IMG/VR virus record: IMGVR_UViG_3300029922_000015
Span: 64,001-128,000 of that record
Length of the DNA stretch: 64,000 nucleotides
DNA from: a virus
Direction: 5' to 3' (one strand)
Below the pieces are notes generated by a model. The model searched no databases. It saw only the letters and a list, made by a program, of their open reading frames with translations, and was not told where the DNA came from. The position numbers and the translations under genes are program-made. This document shows positions 8,341 to 15,997 of this stretch, piece by piece; positions within the stretch are counted from its first letter, which is position 1; the number at the start of each line of letters is the position of its first letter.

Positions 8341-9537
8341 TTATTGCCAAACGTGAACCCAATCAACATTGATTGGCTGATTTGGGCCACCCTGTAGTAA
8401 CAAGAACATTGACTGGATTTCTTGGGCGGTCAACTTGCTTCCCGTTCCGGTTGCAAAACGGGTTACACCACCCGCATGAACAACTAACTTATTATCATAA
8501 TAAAATTCAATATATCCCGTTCCGGTTCCAGTTGAAACCCACAAGCCGCCATAAGTATGCCAAGCCCCATCCGTAGGAGATGGAGATTCGCTCGATCCCT
8601 GCAAGCTCATCATTTGGTTTTCATTATCCGTATTAGCTATATCTGAGTCGTTATAACTATTAGCGGGATAATTCCAAGTATGGATTGTATTGATTGGATC
8701 AAACGTTGTTGAACTTAGGGGATAAGCTTCAAAAAAGTCTAATTCGCTTACCAAAGTAGCAGGGTGAGTTGCGGGATTCGTTGCGAAGAAGTTAGTTCCC
8801 CAAGCCCAAAATCCGGGCCAAGTTGCCGCGCTAGGATCATCAGGAGTTGAATTAAATTGAATACGAGCTTCAAAATAACCATGTTCCCAAGAACCGGCTG
8901 TCGTTCCGGGTGCGGAATTAGGTGGCATTGTTTCTACGTTGCCGCCTACTACGTTTAAAATACCATTCGCGCCCGCTAACGCGCCAGTTCCGGCTCCTGT
9001 ATTAACGGTTGCTTTGGTTGCTGGAGCCCAAAAAGAAGGATACCAATTAAATCCATTCGTAGCAGAACCTAATGTTACAGTGTCGGATGTAAAATCATCA
9101 TTAAAAATTAAATTGTGAAACCCCGCCGCGCTAGCTTGAGAAGGAACGGTAACTCCAGAAGGCGTTACGCCCGTTGGAGATGTTCCGCTAGTACCAGTGG
9201 GTTGAACGTTAACTCCTGATAGTTGAGCTTCGAGCGAAGTAATTTCGCTATTTAATCCAACAATTTGTGTCTTTAAACTAGACACTTGGGAATTAAGTCC
9301 GCTATTAACCGTTGTTAGAGAAGCATTAGAACTTTGTAGCGAGACGATTTGGCCGCTGGCTGTCACTAATTGACCGTTAAGGCTTGAAATTTGTGAGACG
9401 TAATTTCCTGTGGTATTAGCTAATCCACTATAATTAGAAATTACCGTTGAAAGTCCGCCTGTTTGATTGGCTAAAATAGCAATTTCGCCAATGGTTGAAA
9501 GTAATACACTTAAATCGTTTTGTTGTGCCGTAGTCAT
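8341..9537 (-). CDS. GH16/LamG-like glycoside hydrolase with N-terminal coiled coil and Thr/Ser/Pro linker
   Basis: LIFNDDF, GYFEARI, WPGFW, ELDFFE catalytic motif, WHTYG, VDWVHVWQ. Confidence 0.8.
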   Translation of the reverse strand: MTTAQQNDLSVLLSTIGEIAILANQTGGLSTVISNYSGLANTTGNYVSQISSLNGQLVTASGQIVSLQSSNASLTTVNSGLNSQVSSLKTQIVGLNSEITSLEAQLSGVNVQPTGTSGTSPTGVTPSGVTVPSQASAAGFHNLIFNDDFTSDTVTLGSATNGFNWYPSFWAPATKATVNTGAGTGALAGANGILNVVGGNVETMPPNSAPGTTAGSWEHGYFEARIQFNSTPDDPSAATWPGFWAWGTNFFATNPATHPATLVSELDFFEAYPLSSTTFDPINTIHTWNYPANSYNDSDIANTDNENQMMSLQGSSESPSPTDGAWHTYGGLWVSTGTGTGYIEFYYDNKLVVHAGGVTRFATGTGSKLTAQEIQSMFLLLQGGPNQPINVDWVHVWQ

Positions 9538-9581
9538 ACTGACCATTACACCCCTTAGCATCTTTGGGAATAACTATAAAT

Positions 9582-9669
9582 TGGTGCGGCTAGCGAGAAT
9601 CGGACTCGCAATCCCTCGCGGGCGACAGATTTTAAGTCTGTTGTGTATACCTAGTTCCACCATAACCGC
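9582..9669 (-). tRNA. tRNA-Leu(TAA)
   Basis: ACAGA-ct-TAA-aa-TCTGT arm, long variable arm, CCA. Confidence 0.93.
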
Positions 9670-9672
9670 AAA

Positions 9673-9858
9673 TTATCTTAAATGTGGATTATAATCCACT
9701 ATCGAAAATCCAAAAACTATTTGAAGAAGCCAAAGAACAACCAAGACAATTACTACAATATTAATTATCTTTTTAATGGTAGCGTCCATCGGAATGTAGG
9801 TATTCGCTAACCAAAGCAAAAATCCGATAAGAATAAGAGTTATTACTATACTAATCAT
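9673..9858 (-). CDS. two-TM small membrane protein (Thivi_2564-like)
   Basis: LILIGFLLWLANTYIPMDATIKKIINIVVIVLVVLWLL; GTGTAA-N8-ATG start. Confidence 0.75.
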   Translation of the reverse strand: MISIVITLILIGFLLWLANTYIPMDATIKKIINIVVIVLVVLWLLQIVFGFSIVDYNPHLR

Positions 9859-9886
9859 ATCTATATTTACACTAGAATGACAAAAA

Positions 9887-9960
9887 TGGTATCCCGCCCC
9901 GGAATCGAACCGAGAAATCCGCTTTGGAAGAGCGGCATTATGCCGTTTAACTAGCGAGAT
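9887..9960 (-). tRNA. tRNA-Gly(TCC)
   Basis: CCGCT-ct-TCC-aa-AGCGG arm, CCA. Confidence 0.9.
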
Positions 9961-9970
9961 ATAAATTAAA

Positions 9971-10065
9971 TCATACAACGGCGCTTCGCCTCTCCAAGCC
10001 ACCCCACTAAGCCCGAATCGAACGGGAATGCTAGAACGCGCGTATGGCTGCTTTTCGTTATATGA
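9971..10065 (-). ncRNA. circularly permuted tRNA-like (YrlA-like) RNA
   Basis: 10-bp terminal stem TCATATAACG/CGTTGTATGA enclosing a CCCG-TTCGATT-CGGG T-arm, then a GCTT/AAGC D-like arm. Confidence 0.6.
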
Positions 10066-10068
10066 AAA

Positions 10069-10151
10069 TGGTGCAAGTAACAGGACTCGAACCTGTGAAG
10101 CCGAAGCAGTGAATTTACAGTTCACCGGATTTGCCGCTCTCCAATACTTGC
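10069..10151 (-). tRNA. tRNA-Tyr(GTA)
   Basis: GTGAA-ct-GTA-aa-TTCAC arm, variable arm, CCA. Confidence 0.93.
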
Positions 10152-10157
10152 ATAAAG

Positions 10158-10246
10158 TGGCTCCTGCCGGATTCGAACCGGCGATTCGCGCCTATCTGGC
10201 GCTTGCAGGATATAAATCTGCTGTTTTGCCGCTAAACTAAGGAGCT
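10158..10246 (-). tRNA. tRNA-Ile(TAT) with long variable arm
   Basis: tt-TAT-at loop, GCGCC/GGCGC variable stem, unpaired 1:72. Confidence 0.8.
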
Positions 10247-10249
10247 AAA

Positions 10250-10326
10250 TGGTTGCGCAGGATGGATTCGAACCACCGATTTCGACCTTATGAGGATCGC
10301 GAGATAGGCCACTTCTCTACCGCACT
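10250..10326 (-). tRNA. tRNA-Met(CAT), initiator-like
   Basis: ct-CAT-aa loop, A1xA72 mismatch, CCA. Confidence 0.85.
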
Positions 10327-10332
10327 ATTAAA

Positions 10333-10394
10333 TGGTTGCAGAGATTGGAGTTTCACCAATTTTCGAGGCTCATGAGACTTCGGTAAACTCTGCA
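10333..10394 (-). tRNA. D-armless tRNA-like RNA (CAT)
   Basis: TGCAGAG/CTCTGCA acceptor, 5-nt linker instead of a D-arm, ct-CAT-ga loop, ATTGG/CCAAT T-stem, ACCA. Confidence 0.7.
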
Positions 10395-10399
10395 TTAAA

Positions 10400-10476
10400 T
10401 GGTAACGGGGAAAGGATTTGAACCTCTGACCTTTTGGTTATGAGCCAAACGAGCTACCAGACTGCTCCACCCCGCA
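10400..10476 (-). tRNA. tRNA-Met(CAT), initiator-like
   Basis: TGCGGGGTGGAGCAGTCTGGTAGCTCG fMet-type 5' half, U1xU72 mismatch, CCA. Confidence 0.9.
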
Positions 10477-10481
10477 ATTAA

Positions 10482-10546
10482 ATCAAACGAACTAAGGTAA
10501 GTGCATACTTTTTCAGGTCGGGCTTTACGACTGCTCCCTAGTTCTC
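10482..10546 (-). ncRNA. unidentified small structured RNA
   Basis: GAACTAGGG/CCTTAGTTC terminal stem with two internal hairpins, occupying a tRNA-sized slot. Confidence 0.4.
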
Positions 10547-10549
10547 AAA

Positions 10550-10629
10550 TGGTAGCCCAAATAGGATTCGAACCTACATATTATTCCGTTATGCTCCCAT
10601 CGCTTCGAAGGCGCGGTCAATATTGGGCT
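10550..10629 (-). tRNA. rearranged/D-armless tRNA-Arg(TCG)-like RNA
   Basis: AGCCCAA/TTGGGCT acceptor, ct-TCG-aa loop right after a short linker, canonical T-arm, ACCA. Confidence 0.7.
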
Positions 10630-11179
10630 ATAAAATTTTATAAAATCTACACCATTTTCTTACGGCATTATCAGAAACTCCATATTTCTTTCCCGCCGCC
10701 ACAAAACTATGATCTACTAAAAATAATTGTAATTCTTCTTTAGAAGGCCATAAAACTTTTCTTCGTTTTTCATCATAAATTTTAGTAAATTTATTTTTAT
10801 AACGCTTACGAAATTCTATATTATTTTCTCTAAGAATTTTTTTTATCCTATAATAACTATAACTAGATTGATTAATTTCGAGCTTAATCAAAATTTCATT
10901 TATAGAAATTCCGCTATTATATAAATCTAATACTATATTATAATCTATTTTCTTAGAGGACTTTTGATTATTGACATTCGTTGTTGGTTCTTGACTGTGG
11001 CAATTAGGACATAGAAATTCAACATTTTCTATCCTATGATCTTCTGATTGCCCATTTTTATGATGTAATTCTAAAGTTAGTGTTTTACCTTGCCACTCCC
11101 CTTTATTCCCGCATCGGCAAATATACGGAATCAAATTTTCCCGTAATATTTTCTTTTTAAAAGTGCATCTCGAACTCAT
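10628..11179 (-). CDS. HNH endonuclease with C-terminal HTH
   Basis: LELHHKNG...DHRIENVEFLCPNCHSQ; GKKYGVSDNAVRKW. Confidence 0.9.
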   Translation of the reverse strand: MSSRCTFKKKILRENLIPYICRCGNKGEWQGKTLTLELHHKNGQSEDHRIENVEFLCPNCHSQEPTTNVNNQKSSKKIDYNIVLDLYNSGISINEILIKLEINQSSYSYYRIKKILRENNIEFRKRYKNKFTKIYDEKRRKVLWPSKEELQLFLVDHSFVAAGKKYGVSDNAVRKWCRFYKIL

Positions 11180-11229
11180 AATATGTATTACATATTATAT
11201 GTTCTAAAGAGAAATTTATCTAATAAAAA

Positions 11230-11306
11230 TGGTGAACCATGCCCGATTTGAACGGGCAATCTCAAATTTCGTAGATTTGTGCTGTATCCAGTTTAGCTAA
11301 TGGTTC
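11230..11306 (-). tRNA. tRNA-Arg(ACG)
   Basis: CAAAT-ct-ACG-aa-ATTTG arm, CCA. Confidence 0.92.
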
Positions 11307-11313
11307 GTGAAAT

Positions 11314-11495
11314 TGGTGGCCCGATTGCTATTGACATTCTTTCGATAATATAATCAATAACTAACTAATAGACCGCTCCTGAGCCAACACGCCAATCTAG
11401 GTTCCAAGTTATCGACTTAGTTTAACCAGACTTGTCTATTAGTTTATTAAATATTGTCCCTACAGGTTCTAGACCCTTCAAGACTTTTCAATAAT
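11314..11495 (-). ncRNA. unidentified structured RNA
   Basis: ORF-free slot; AACTAATAGAC/GTCTATTAGTT stem with nested hairpin; ends in ACCA. Confidence 0.4.
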
Positions 11496-11499
11496 AAAA

Positions 11500-11576
11500 T
11501 GGTGGAGCATATCGGTATTGCGCCGATCTGATTCGAAGGTGCAAGCTTCGCGACCACCCTTGCAGTCCCATGCCCC
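11500..11576 (-). tRNA. tRNA-Ala(TGC)
   Basis: G3.U70, CGAAG-ct-TGC-ac-CTTCG arm, CCA. Confidence 0.9.
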
Positions 11577-11585
11577 ATTTAAAAT

Positions 11586-11659
11586 TGGTACGCCCAAATC
11601 GAATCGAACGATTATCTAAGCTTTCAGAGAGCTTCGTCCTACCATTAGACGACAGGCGT
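11586..11659 (-). tRNA. tRNA-Gln(CTG)
   Basis: AAGCT-ct-CTG-aa-AGCTT arm, CCA. Confidence 0.9.
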
Positions 11660-11875
11660 GTTTACTAAAAAATTGCCTCCCATATGTGGCCCCGAATTAA
11701 TATGGGCCGTGTGCATATCGGAAGAAAAATTATCATTAGTCCCGATACGAGGCCAGAATTGATAATCGTAACTATCTTTTCGCACCGCTAATATCCTAAC
11801 ATCCCAAAAACCTTTAGGATCGGAATCGCGCCAAATTTGATTAGGTTTAAGTTTCTTCATAAATTTCCCTAACAT
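11645..11875 (-). CDS. hypothetical protein
   Basis: ORF in a chain of overlapping small genes. Confidence 0.55.
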   Translation of the reverse strand: MLGKFMKKLKPNQIWRDSDPKGFWDVRILAVRKDSYDYQFWPRIGTNDNFSSDMHTAHINSGPHMGGNFLVNTPVV

Positions 11876-12089
11876 CCTTTTCAGGATTCCAGAATACTTT
11901 ATCTGGATTCTTCATATAAAATTCAATCTTGGCCCGCACGGCTTTAGAATCGTGGAACGCGCACAAAGCGCCGAAAAACTGAGGCGGCATATTCGCCGTT
12001 ACCCATTCTCGACACTCCGCTGGAATATTCAGCAAAATATTCGCGCATTCCTTGGAAATCGTTTTTTGATTATCGTTCATTTTTGCCAT
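11847..12089 (-). CDS. hypothetical protein
   Basis: 80 aa ORF in an overlapping chain. Confidence 0.6.
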   Translation of the reverse strand: MAKMNDNQKTISKECANILLNIPAECREWVTANMPPQFFGALCAFHDSKAVRAKIEFYMKNPDKVFWNPEKDVREIYEET

Positions 12090-12409
12090 GTAAAACCTCT
12101 ACCCTTACAAGACGAACAAGTTACTTGACTCCAACCTCTAGAATGATGAACGGTATTCCAACCGCCGTGTTCGCACTTAGTACAAGTAATTTTTTTATAT
12201 CCTCGTTCTTCCATGCTTTTAACATTTTCGGGAAGAACCATCGCTTGAGTATAATGAGAATATGAAATACCTTGAACGCTTCCGTTTTTTATTTGCATCG
12301 GGCCATTGACTTGCCAGCCTTGTTCTAACAAATTTTGAACGGCGTATTCTAAAGTTTGACAACCTTCGCAACTTAATACTCTATAATCTTTAGCTTGCAT
12401 AGAATTCAT
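12077..12409 (-). CDS. DUF1737-like domain plus CxxC zinc-finger protein
   Basis: VQNLLEQGWQVNGP...YTQAMV; CTKC..CSSCKGRG. Confidence 0.65.
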   Translation of the reverse strand: MNSMQAKDYRVLSCEGCQTLEYAVQNLLEQGWQVNGPMQIKNGSVQGISYSHYTQAMVLPENVKSMEERGYKKITCTKCEHGGWNTVHHSRGWSQVTCSSCKGRGFTWQK

Positions 12410-12866
12410 CCAAAAACTTAAACAATTCTTTATTTTCTGTCATAAATACCCAACCGGACGTTCTATCTAAAGTGTCCGCGTATAAATCAACAAATCCCTG
12501 TCTAGTGCCATGAGGCTGTTCATTCTCTTGCAAATCTCTTCGAATAGCGGGAACAATATCGTCTCCGCGCATCGCCCAACTATCTCCATCTTTATGGGTT
12601 CGTCTGTCCGATAAATTTATATTGTCGGGCAACTGTCCAACTTTTTCTAAAGGAAAAACAGTCCCATAAGGAGCGCCTTGATCGTGATGATATTCAGTGA
12701 ATAAATATCGTTCGTTGAATTTCAATCTGATACCTATAAATCCTTCGTTTCCATCATAGGCACCTAAATCTAAATTTCTGCTACGGAGTTTATAAACGCC
12801 GCCCCTGACGCATTCCTTAAGGGGAATATAAGATTGATTATTCATCGCATTAAGGGGACTTTCCAT
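12390..12866 (-). CDS. hypothetical protein
   Basis: 158 aa ORF. Confidence 0.7.
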   Translation of the reverse strand: MESPLNAMNNQSYIPLKECVRGGVYKLRSRNLDLGAYDGNEGFIGIRLKFNERYLFTEYHHDQGAPYGTVFPLEKVGQLPDNINLSDRRTHKDGDSWAMRGDDIVPAIRRDLQENEQPHGTRQGFVDLYADTLDRTSGWVFMTENKELFKFLDEFYAS

Positions 12867-13054
12867 TTAAATCCTTTTCCCTCACAAGTCAAACAGGGTA
12901 TTAGAACGGGAAATTTTGGTTGATTCTCTTCGTGAACCCATTTTTCTTGTCTGCCTGTACCCTTACAAGCAAGACACTTATCTCTCGTATATCCACGAGC
13001 AATCAATCCTTCTTGCGCTTGAATTTCTTCTAGGAATTCTTTATCTGATTTCAT
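12842..13054 (-). CDS. DnaJ-type CxxCxGxG zinc-finger protein
   Basis: CLACKGTG and CLTCEGKG; start moved downstream of tRNA-Asp. Confidence 0.7.
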   Translation of the reverse strand: MKSDKEFLEEIQAQEGLIARGYTRDKCLACKGTGRQEKWVHEENQPKFPVLIPCLTCEGKGFKWKVPLMR

Positions 13055-13060
13055 AAAAAG

Positions 13061-13138
13061 TGGCGGAAACAACGGGACTCGAACCCGCAAACCTTCCGCG
13101 TGACAAGCGGACGCTCTAACCAATTGAGCTATGCTTCC
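13061..13138 (-). tRNA. tRNA-Asp(GTC)
   Basis: TCCGC-tt-GTC-ac-GCGGA arm, G73, CCA. Confidence 0.95.
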
Positions 13139-13142
13139 AAAG

Positions 13143-13217
13143 TGGTACGCCGTGAGAATTTTGAAATCCCGGCCTGAGCTGTGTAAAAGCCCTGCTCTGC
13201 CTCTGAGCTAACGGCGC
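13143..13217 (-). tRNA. tRNA-Val(TAC)
   Basis: tt-TAC-ac loop, CCA. Confidence 0.88.
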
Positions 13218-13222
13218 GTAAA

Positions 13223-13558
13223 TTAATCTAAAAAAGGTTCAATGACAATCGCTCTATAAGTAATAGAGCCCGCATCTCTTCGAACCTCGCTAAAATGTTG
13301 AAGATATGGTTCCATCCCGTTCTTTACGTCGTCAACAAAATTATGAACCATTAATTTAACGTAACGTTTAGCCAAATCTGGCCCAAGGTTTCCACCTATT
13401 ACAATCGTCGTTTTCTCTGGCTTTGTTGAAATATTCTTTCCGGTAAAAGTAATTTCTGACTCATAAACGCCATCGGCGTAAGGACGTGGCTGGCCTTGAC
13501 GAATGTGCTTAACTAACACACAAAAATTGTATTCTGTCTTATTTGGATCGATTTCCAT
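13223..13558 (-). CDS. hypothetical protein
   Basis: ORF of about 111 aa from MEIDPNK. Confidence 0.65.
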   Translation of the reverse strand: MEIDPNKTEYNFCVLVKHIRQGQPRPYADGVYESEITFTGKNISTKPEKTTIVIGGNLGPDLAKRYVKLMVHNFVDDVKNGMEPYLQHFSEVRRDAGSITYRAIVIEPFLD

Positions 13559-13736
13559 TTTTTTTACCAGTACACTTGACACGAAGATAACAGGCTACGG
13601 CTAATGCGACGTAAACCCACGGCATTGTGATAATGATGACTTCGGATGGAGGCATATTAATTAAAGTTAACTAAATTGTATTTCATCTTGTTGCGGTTTT
13701 TCATTAAAAGAATGATAATTCTTTTTGATCAAAATG

Positions 13737-13943
13737 TCAAACTAAAAATGTACAAAGACCGCTATCTTGAATATGCCAAGAAACGGGCTCGCCGTGGGAA
13801 GTCTTCTTTCGGCGTTGATATTGGCTCGCGCAAACGCGCTGCTTTTTATCTTCCGAAAACTTCTCGACAGCGTAAGACTGTAAGCAACCACACATAAACT
13901 CATCTTGTTCCGCGTTATATTCGGAATCTTTATTAGGCTTCAT
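13737..13943 (-). CDS. small hypothetical protein
   Basis: MKPNKDSE...; GTGTAA-N8-ATG start. Confidence 0.65.
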   Translation of the reverse strand: MKPNKDSEYNAEQDEFMCGCLQSYAVEKFSEDKKQRVCASQYQRRKKTSHGEPVSWHIQDSGLCTFLV

Positions 13944-13965
13944 GTAAACTATTACACTTCGAAAG

Positions 13966-14044
13966 TGGCCGCTTCCCTCAGAATCGAACTGAGGCTTCAA
14001 GTTTTTCAGACTCGTGTGCAAAGACCAAACTACACTAGGAAGCG
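13966..14044 (-). tRNA. tRNA-Phe(GAA)
   Basis: CGAGT-ct-GAA-aa-ACTTG arm, CCA. Confidence 0.88.
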
Positions 14045-14048
14045 AAAA

Positions 14049-14131
14049 TGGAGCCGAGTGAGAGACTCTAACTCTCGATGTTTGTATGGCACATTACAAG
14101 TATGCTGGAATCGACGCTATCCGAACTCGGC
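14049..14131 (-). tRNA. tRNA-Thr(TGT) with enlarged variable region
   Basis: GCATA-ct-TGT-aa-TGTGC arm, 12-nt variable region, CCA. Confidence 0.82.
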
Positions 14132-14841
14132 TTAAAATTTTTTTTAAAATCTTCAAATTGTTTTTTTGTATTATTTCCATATCCATATTTATTATGAAAT
14201 TGTCTATGAACTTTAATAGACAAAGTAATACCATTCTCTTCAATGAAACGTAAATCTGGATTATTATTATAACTTTCTAAATGATGAGCTACTATTTTTG
14301 TATTAACACCACTTATTTGACACGTAAAATTATCTCTTTCCCAAACGGCTTTACGCCATTTTATGTTACGGGGATCATGTCTATTTCTAATACGTTTCTC
14401 GTCTGATATATTCGAATTCTTTTTAAATCTTCCTCTATTAGTATTATTTATACATCCGCAAGACTTAGTGTTTCCGCTTTCCAGATTAAAAGCGGGAACT
14501 TCGATTTCTTTTCCGCAAGAGCACAAACACTTGCAATAACTTCTTCTACTCTGTTTAGTAAAAACTTCTTTCACTAAAAGATTAGAAAAATTTTTACCTA
14601 AAACCCTATTTCGAAGATCGGTTTTTCTCCGTTCTGTAAATAATTTTATTTTATTAAATTGCTTACATTTGCAAGAAGTAGTCAAGCCTCTTAAAACACT
14701 AGAAACTCTAACTTCTACAGCATTACCACAATCACATAAAAATAATCCTAATACATGAATATTTCGACTATCTTTACCTATTATTTTATTCAATGTCAAA
14801 TTACCGAATTTTTTATTAATAAGACGATCATATTTAGTCAT
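14068..14841 (-). CDS. HNH endonuclease with two CxCG...SCGC repeats
   Basis: WRKAVWERDNFTCQISG..AHHLESY..NGITL...HRQFH; 3' end reads into tRNA-Thr. Confidence 0.88.
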   Translation of the reverse strand: MTKYDRLINKKFGNLTLNKIIGKDSRNIHVLGLFLCDCGNAVEVRVSSVLRGLTTSCKCKQFNKIKLFTERRKTDLRNRVLGKNFSNLLVKEVFTKQSRRSYCKCLCSCGKEIEVPAFNLESGNTKSCGCINNTNRGRFKKNSNISDEKRIRNRHDPRNIKWRKAVWERDNFTCQISGVNTKIVAHHLESYNNNPDLRFIEENGITLSIKVHRQFHNKYGYGNNTKKQFEDFKKNFKPSSDSVDSSILVMCHTNIES

Positions 14842-14898
14842 CTATATATTATAGATTTCTAAGTACAAAACGTCTACATTATCTTAAATTACAAAAAA

Positions 14899-14976
14899 TG
14901 GAGGCCCGCATCGGACTCGAACCGATGACCTTCCCCATACCAAGGGGATGTTCTAACCAGACTGAACTAGCAGGCC
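14899..14976 (-). tRNA. tRNA-Thr(GGT)
   Basis: TCCCC-tt-GGT-at-GGGGA arm, CCA. Confidence 0.93.
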
Positions 14977-14981
14977 AAAAG

Positions 14982-15058
14982 TGGAGGCCCATATCAGATT
15001 TAAACTGATAACCTGAAATGTACGAAATTTCCGCTCTAATCATTGGAGCTAATGGGCC
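14982..15058 (-). tRNA. tRNA-Thr(CGT)
   Basis: GAAAT-tt-CGT-ac-ATTTC arm, CCA. Confidence 0.88.
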
Positions 15059-15063
15059 AAATA

Positions 15064-15137
15064 TTCGAGTGTGCGTCCGTACACCAAACGGGCAATCGCG
15101 TATTACCCTCGCCTGAATTGAACAGTTCCCTCTCGAA
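15064..15137 (-). ncRNA. probable permuted tRNA-like RNA
   Basis: TTCGAG/CTCGAA terminal stem, CTG-TTCAATT-CAG T-arm, GGGTAAT/ATTGCCC hairpin, GG-containing D-like loop. Confidence 0.5.
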
Positions 15138-15139
15138 AG

Positions 15140-15213
15140 TGGTACTCCTACCAAGAGTCGAACTTGGGTAGCGCGCTTATCGGGCGTGTGCTCTACCATT
15201 GAGCTATAGGAGT
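15140..15213 (-). tRNA. tRNA-Ile(GAT)
   Basis: cc-GAT-aa loop, CCA. Confidence 0.9.
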
Positions 15214-15220
15214 AATAAAG

Positions 15221-15294
15221 TGGTTCCCTCGTGTCGATTCGGACGACAAATAAACGGGCCAAAACCGTTTGTGATACCATTTCACTACAAGAGA
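15221..15294 (-). tRNA. tRNA-Gln(TTG)
   Basis: AACGG-tt-TTG-gc-CCGTT arm, U1-A72, CCA. Confidence 0.88.
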
Positions 15295-15300
15295 GTAAAT

Positions 15301-15380
15301 CAACAAGAAATATCCTAAACCACTAGAAGACTCTTACTCCATGAGTAAGAGGATGGATTCGAACCACCGTCTTTTCTTTT
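15301..15380 (-). ncRNA. circularly permuted, anticodon-less tRNA-like RNA
   Basis: AAGAAA-agac-GGTGG-TTCGAAT-CCATC-CTCTTACTC-atg-GAGTAAGAG-tc-TTCT-AGTGGTTTA-GGAT-a-TTTCTT. Confidence 0.8.
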
Positions 15381-15388
15381 AAATCAAA

Positions 15389-15457
15389 ATCGTCAAGTGT
15401 TTTACTATTAAACTATGGCATCTAACCACCAAGGATTTGCACCTAGAACTCCTGACT
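15389..15457 (-). ncRNA. circularly permuted, anticodon-less tRNA-like RNA
   Basis: GTCAGG..T-arm (TGCAAAT)..TGGT/GCCA closed acceptor-TA-GTTT/AAAC D-arm-a-CTTGAC. Confidence 0.75.
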
Positions 15458-15462
15458 TTAAA

Positions 15463-15537
15463 TGGCACCCAAGCTTCGATTCGAACGAAGAACAGCCGTG
15501 TTAACAGCACGGAACTCTACCATTGAGCTACTCGGGT
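15463..15537 (-). tRNA. tRNA-Asn(GTT)
   Basis: CCGTG-ct-GTT-aa-CACGG arm, G73, CCA. Confidence 0.93.
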
Positions 15538-15548
15538 ATAAAATTTTT

Positions 15549-15695
15549 CCTTATCCGCGACAATTTAATTGCACCTTGTACCATTAGAATATGATAATAA
15601 CGCAGAACAATGCGTTCAACTTGAATAACTATTTGCAATCCTCGTCAAATGACGCGCCGACGCCAATGACTACTCCACTGTTTCACGGATAAGAA
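15549..15695 (-). ncRNA. unidentified structured RNA
   Basis: 11-bp terminal stem CTTATCCGTGA/TCGCGGATAAG filling an inter-tRNA slot; internal hairpins. Confidence 0.5.
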
Positions 15696-15697
15696 AG

Positions 15698-15774
15698 TGG
15701 TGCGCCTAGCAGGAGTCGAACCTGCAAAACCAAAGCTCTCGACCTTGTATGTATGCCAATTCCATCATAGGCGC
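15698..15774 (-). tRNA. tRNA-Leu(GAG), short variable loop
   Basis: Leu-type D-arm, tc-GAG-ag loop, 4-nt variable loop, A73, CCA. Confidence 0.85.
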
Positions 15775-15780
15775 GTAAAA

Positions 15781-15899
15781 CGATAAGCAAGTCAATATAC
15801 CCTCTCCTTGATCCTATATCTCCATCACAAACGCCTTACCGTTTGTACCGACGTAATAATATAGTCATGTTATGACTTATCAGAGCGATTAGCTTATCT
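15781..15899 (-). ncRNA. unidentified structured RNA
   Basis: GATAAGC/GCTTATC terminal stem; GTCAT/ATGAC and ACAAACG/CGTTTGT hairpins. Confidence 0.45.
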
Positions 15900-15903
15900 A
15901 AAA

Positions 15904-15989
15904 TGGTGCACCTAGAGGGAATCGAACCCCCACGCCTTGCGGCATACGATCCTAAGTCGTAAGCGTCTGCCTAGTTCCGCCACAGGTGC
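15904..15989 (-). tRNA. tRNA-Leu(TAG)
   Basis: TACGA-ct-TAG-ga-TCGTA arm, long variable arm, CCA. Confidence 0.93.
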
Positions 15990-15997
15990 ATTAAATT

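Noticed and set aside
13676-13897. Plus-strand 73 aa ORF
   Set aside because: The antisense ORF 13737-13943 follows block orientation and has the GTGTAA-N8-ATG signal.
14879-15280. 133 aa ORF and similar ORFs across tRNA genes (1703-1888, 1768-1956, 10028-10240, 15937-16161, 16440-16634, 5' part of 9673-10125)
   Set aside because: They are shadows of GC-rich tRNA and ncRNA genes, with no protein features.
15549-15695. SAM-I riboswitch resemblance (CTTATC...GATAAG, GTGGAG, GGTGC)
   Set aside because: Core AGA, kink-turn/pseudoknot and GCAACC elements are missing, and there is no downstream gene to regulate.
15781-15899. Hammerhead-like CTGATAA followed by a stem
   Set aside because: No GAAA after stem II and no stem III with a UH site.
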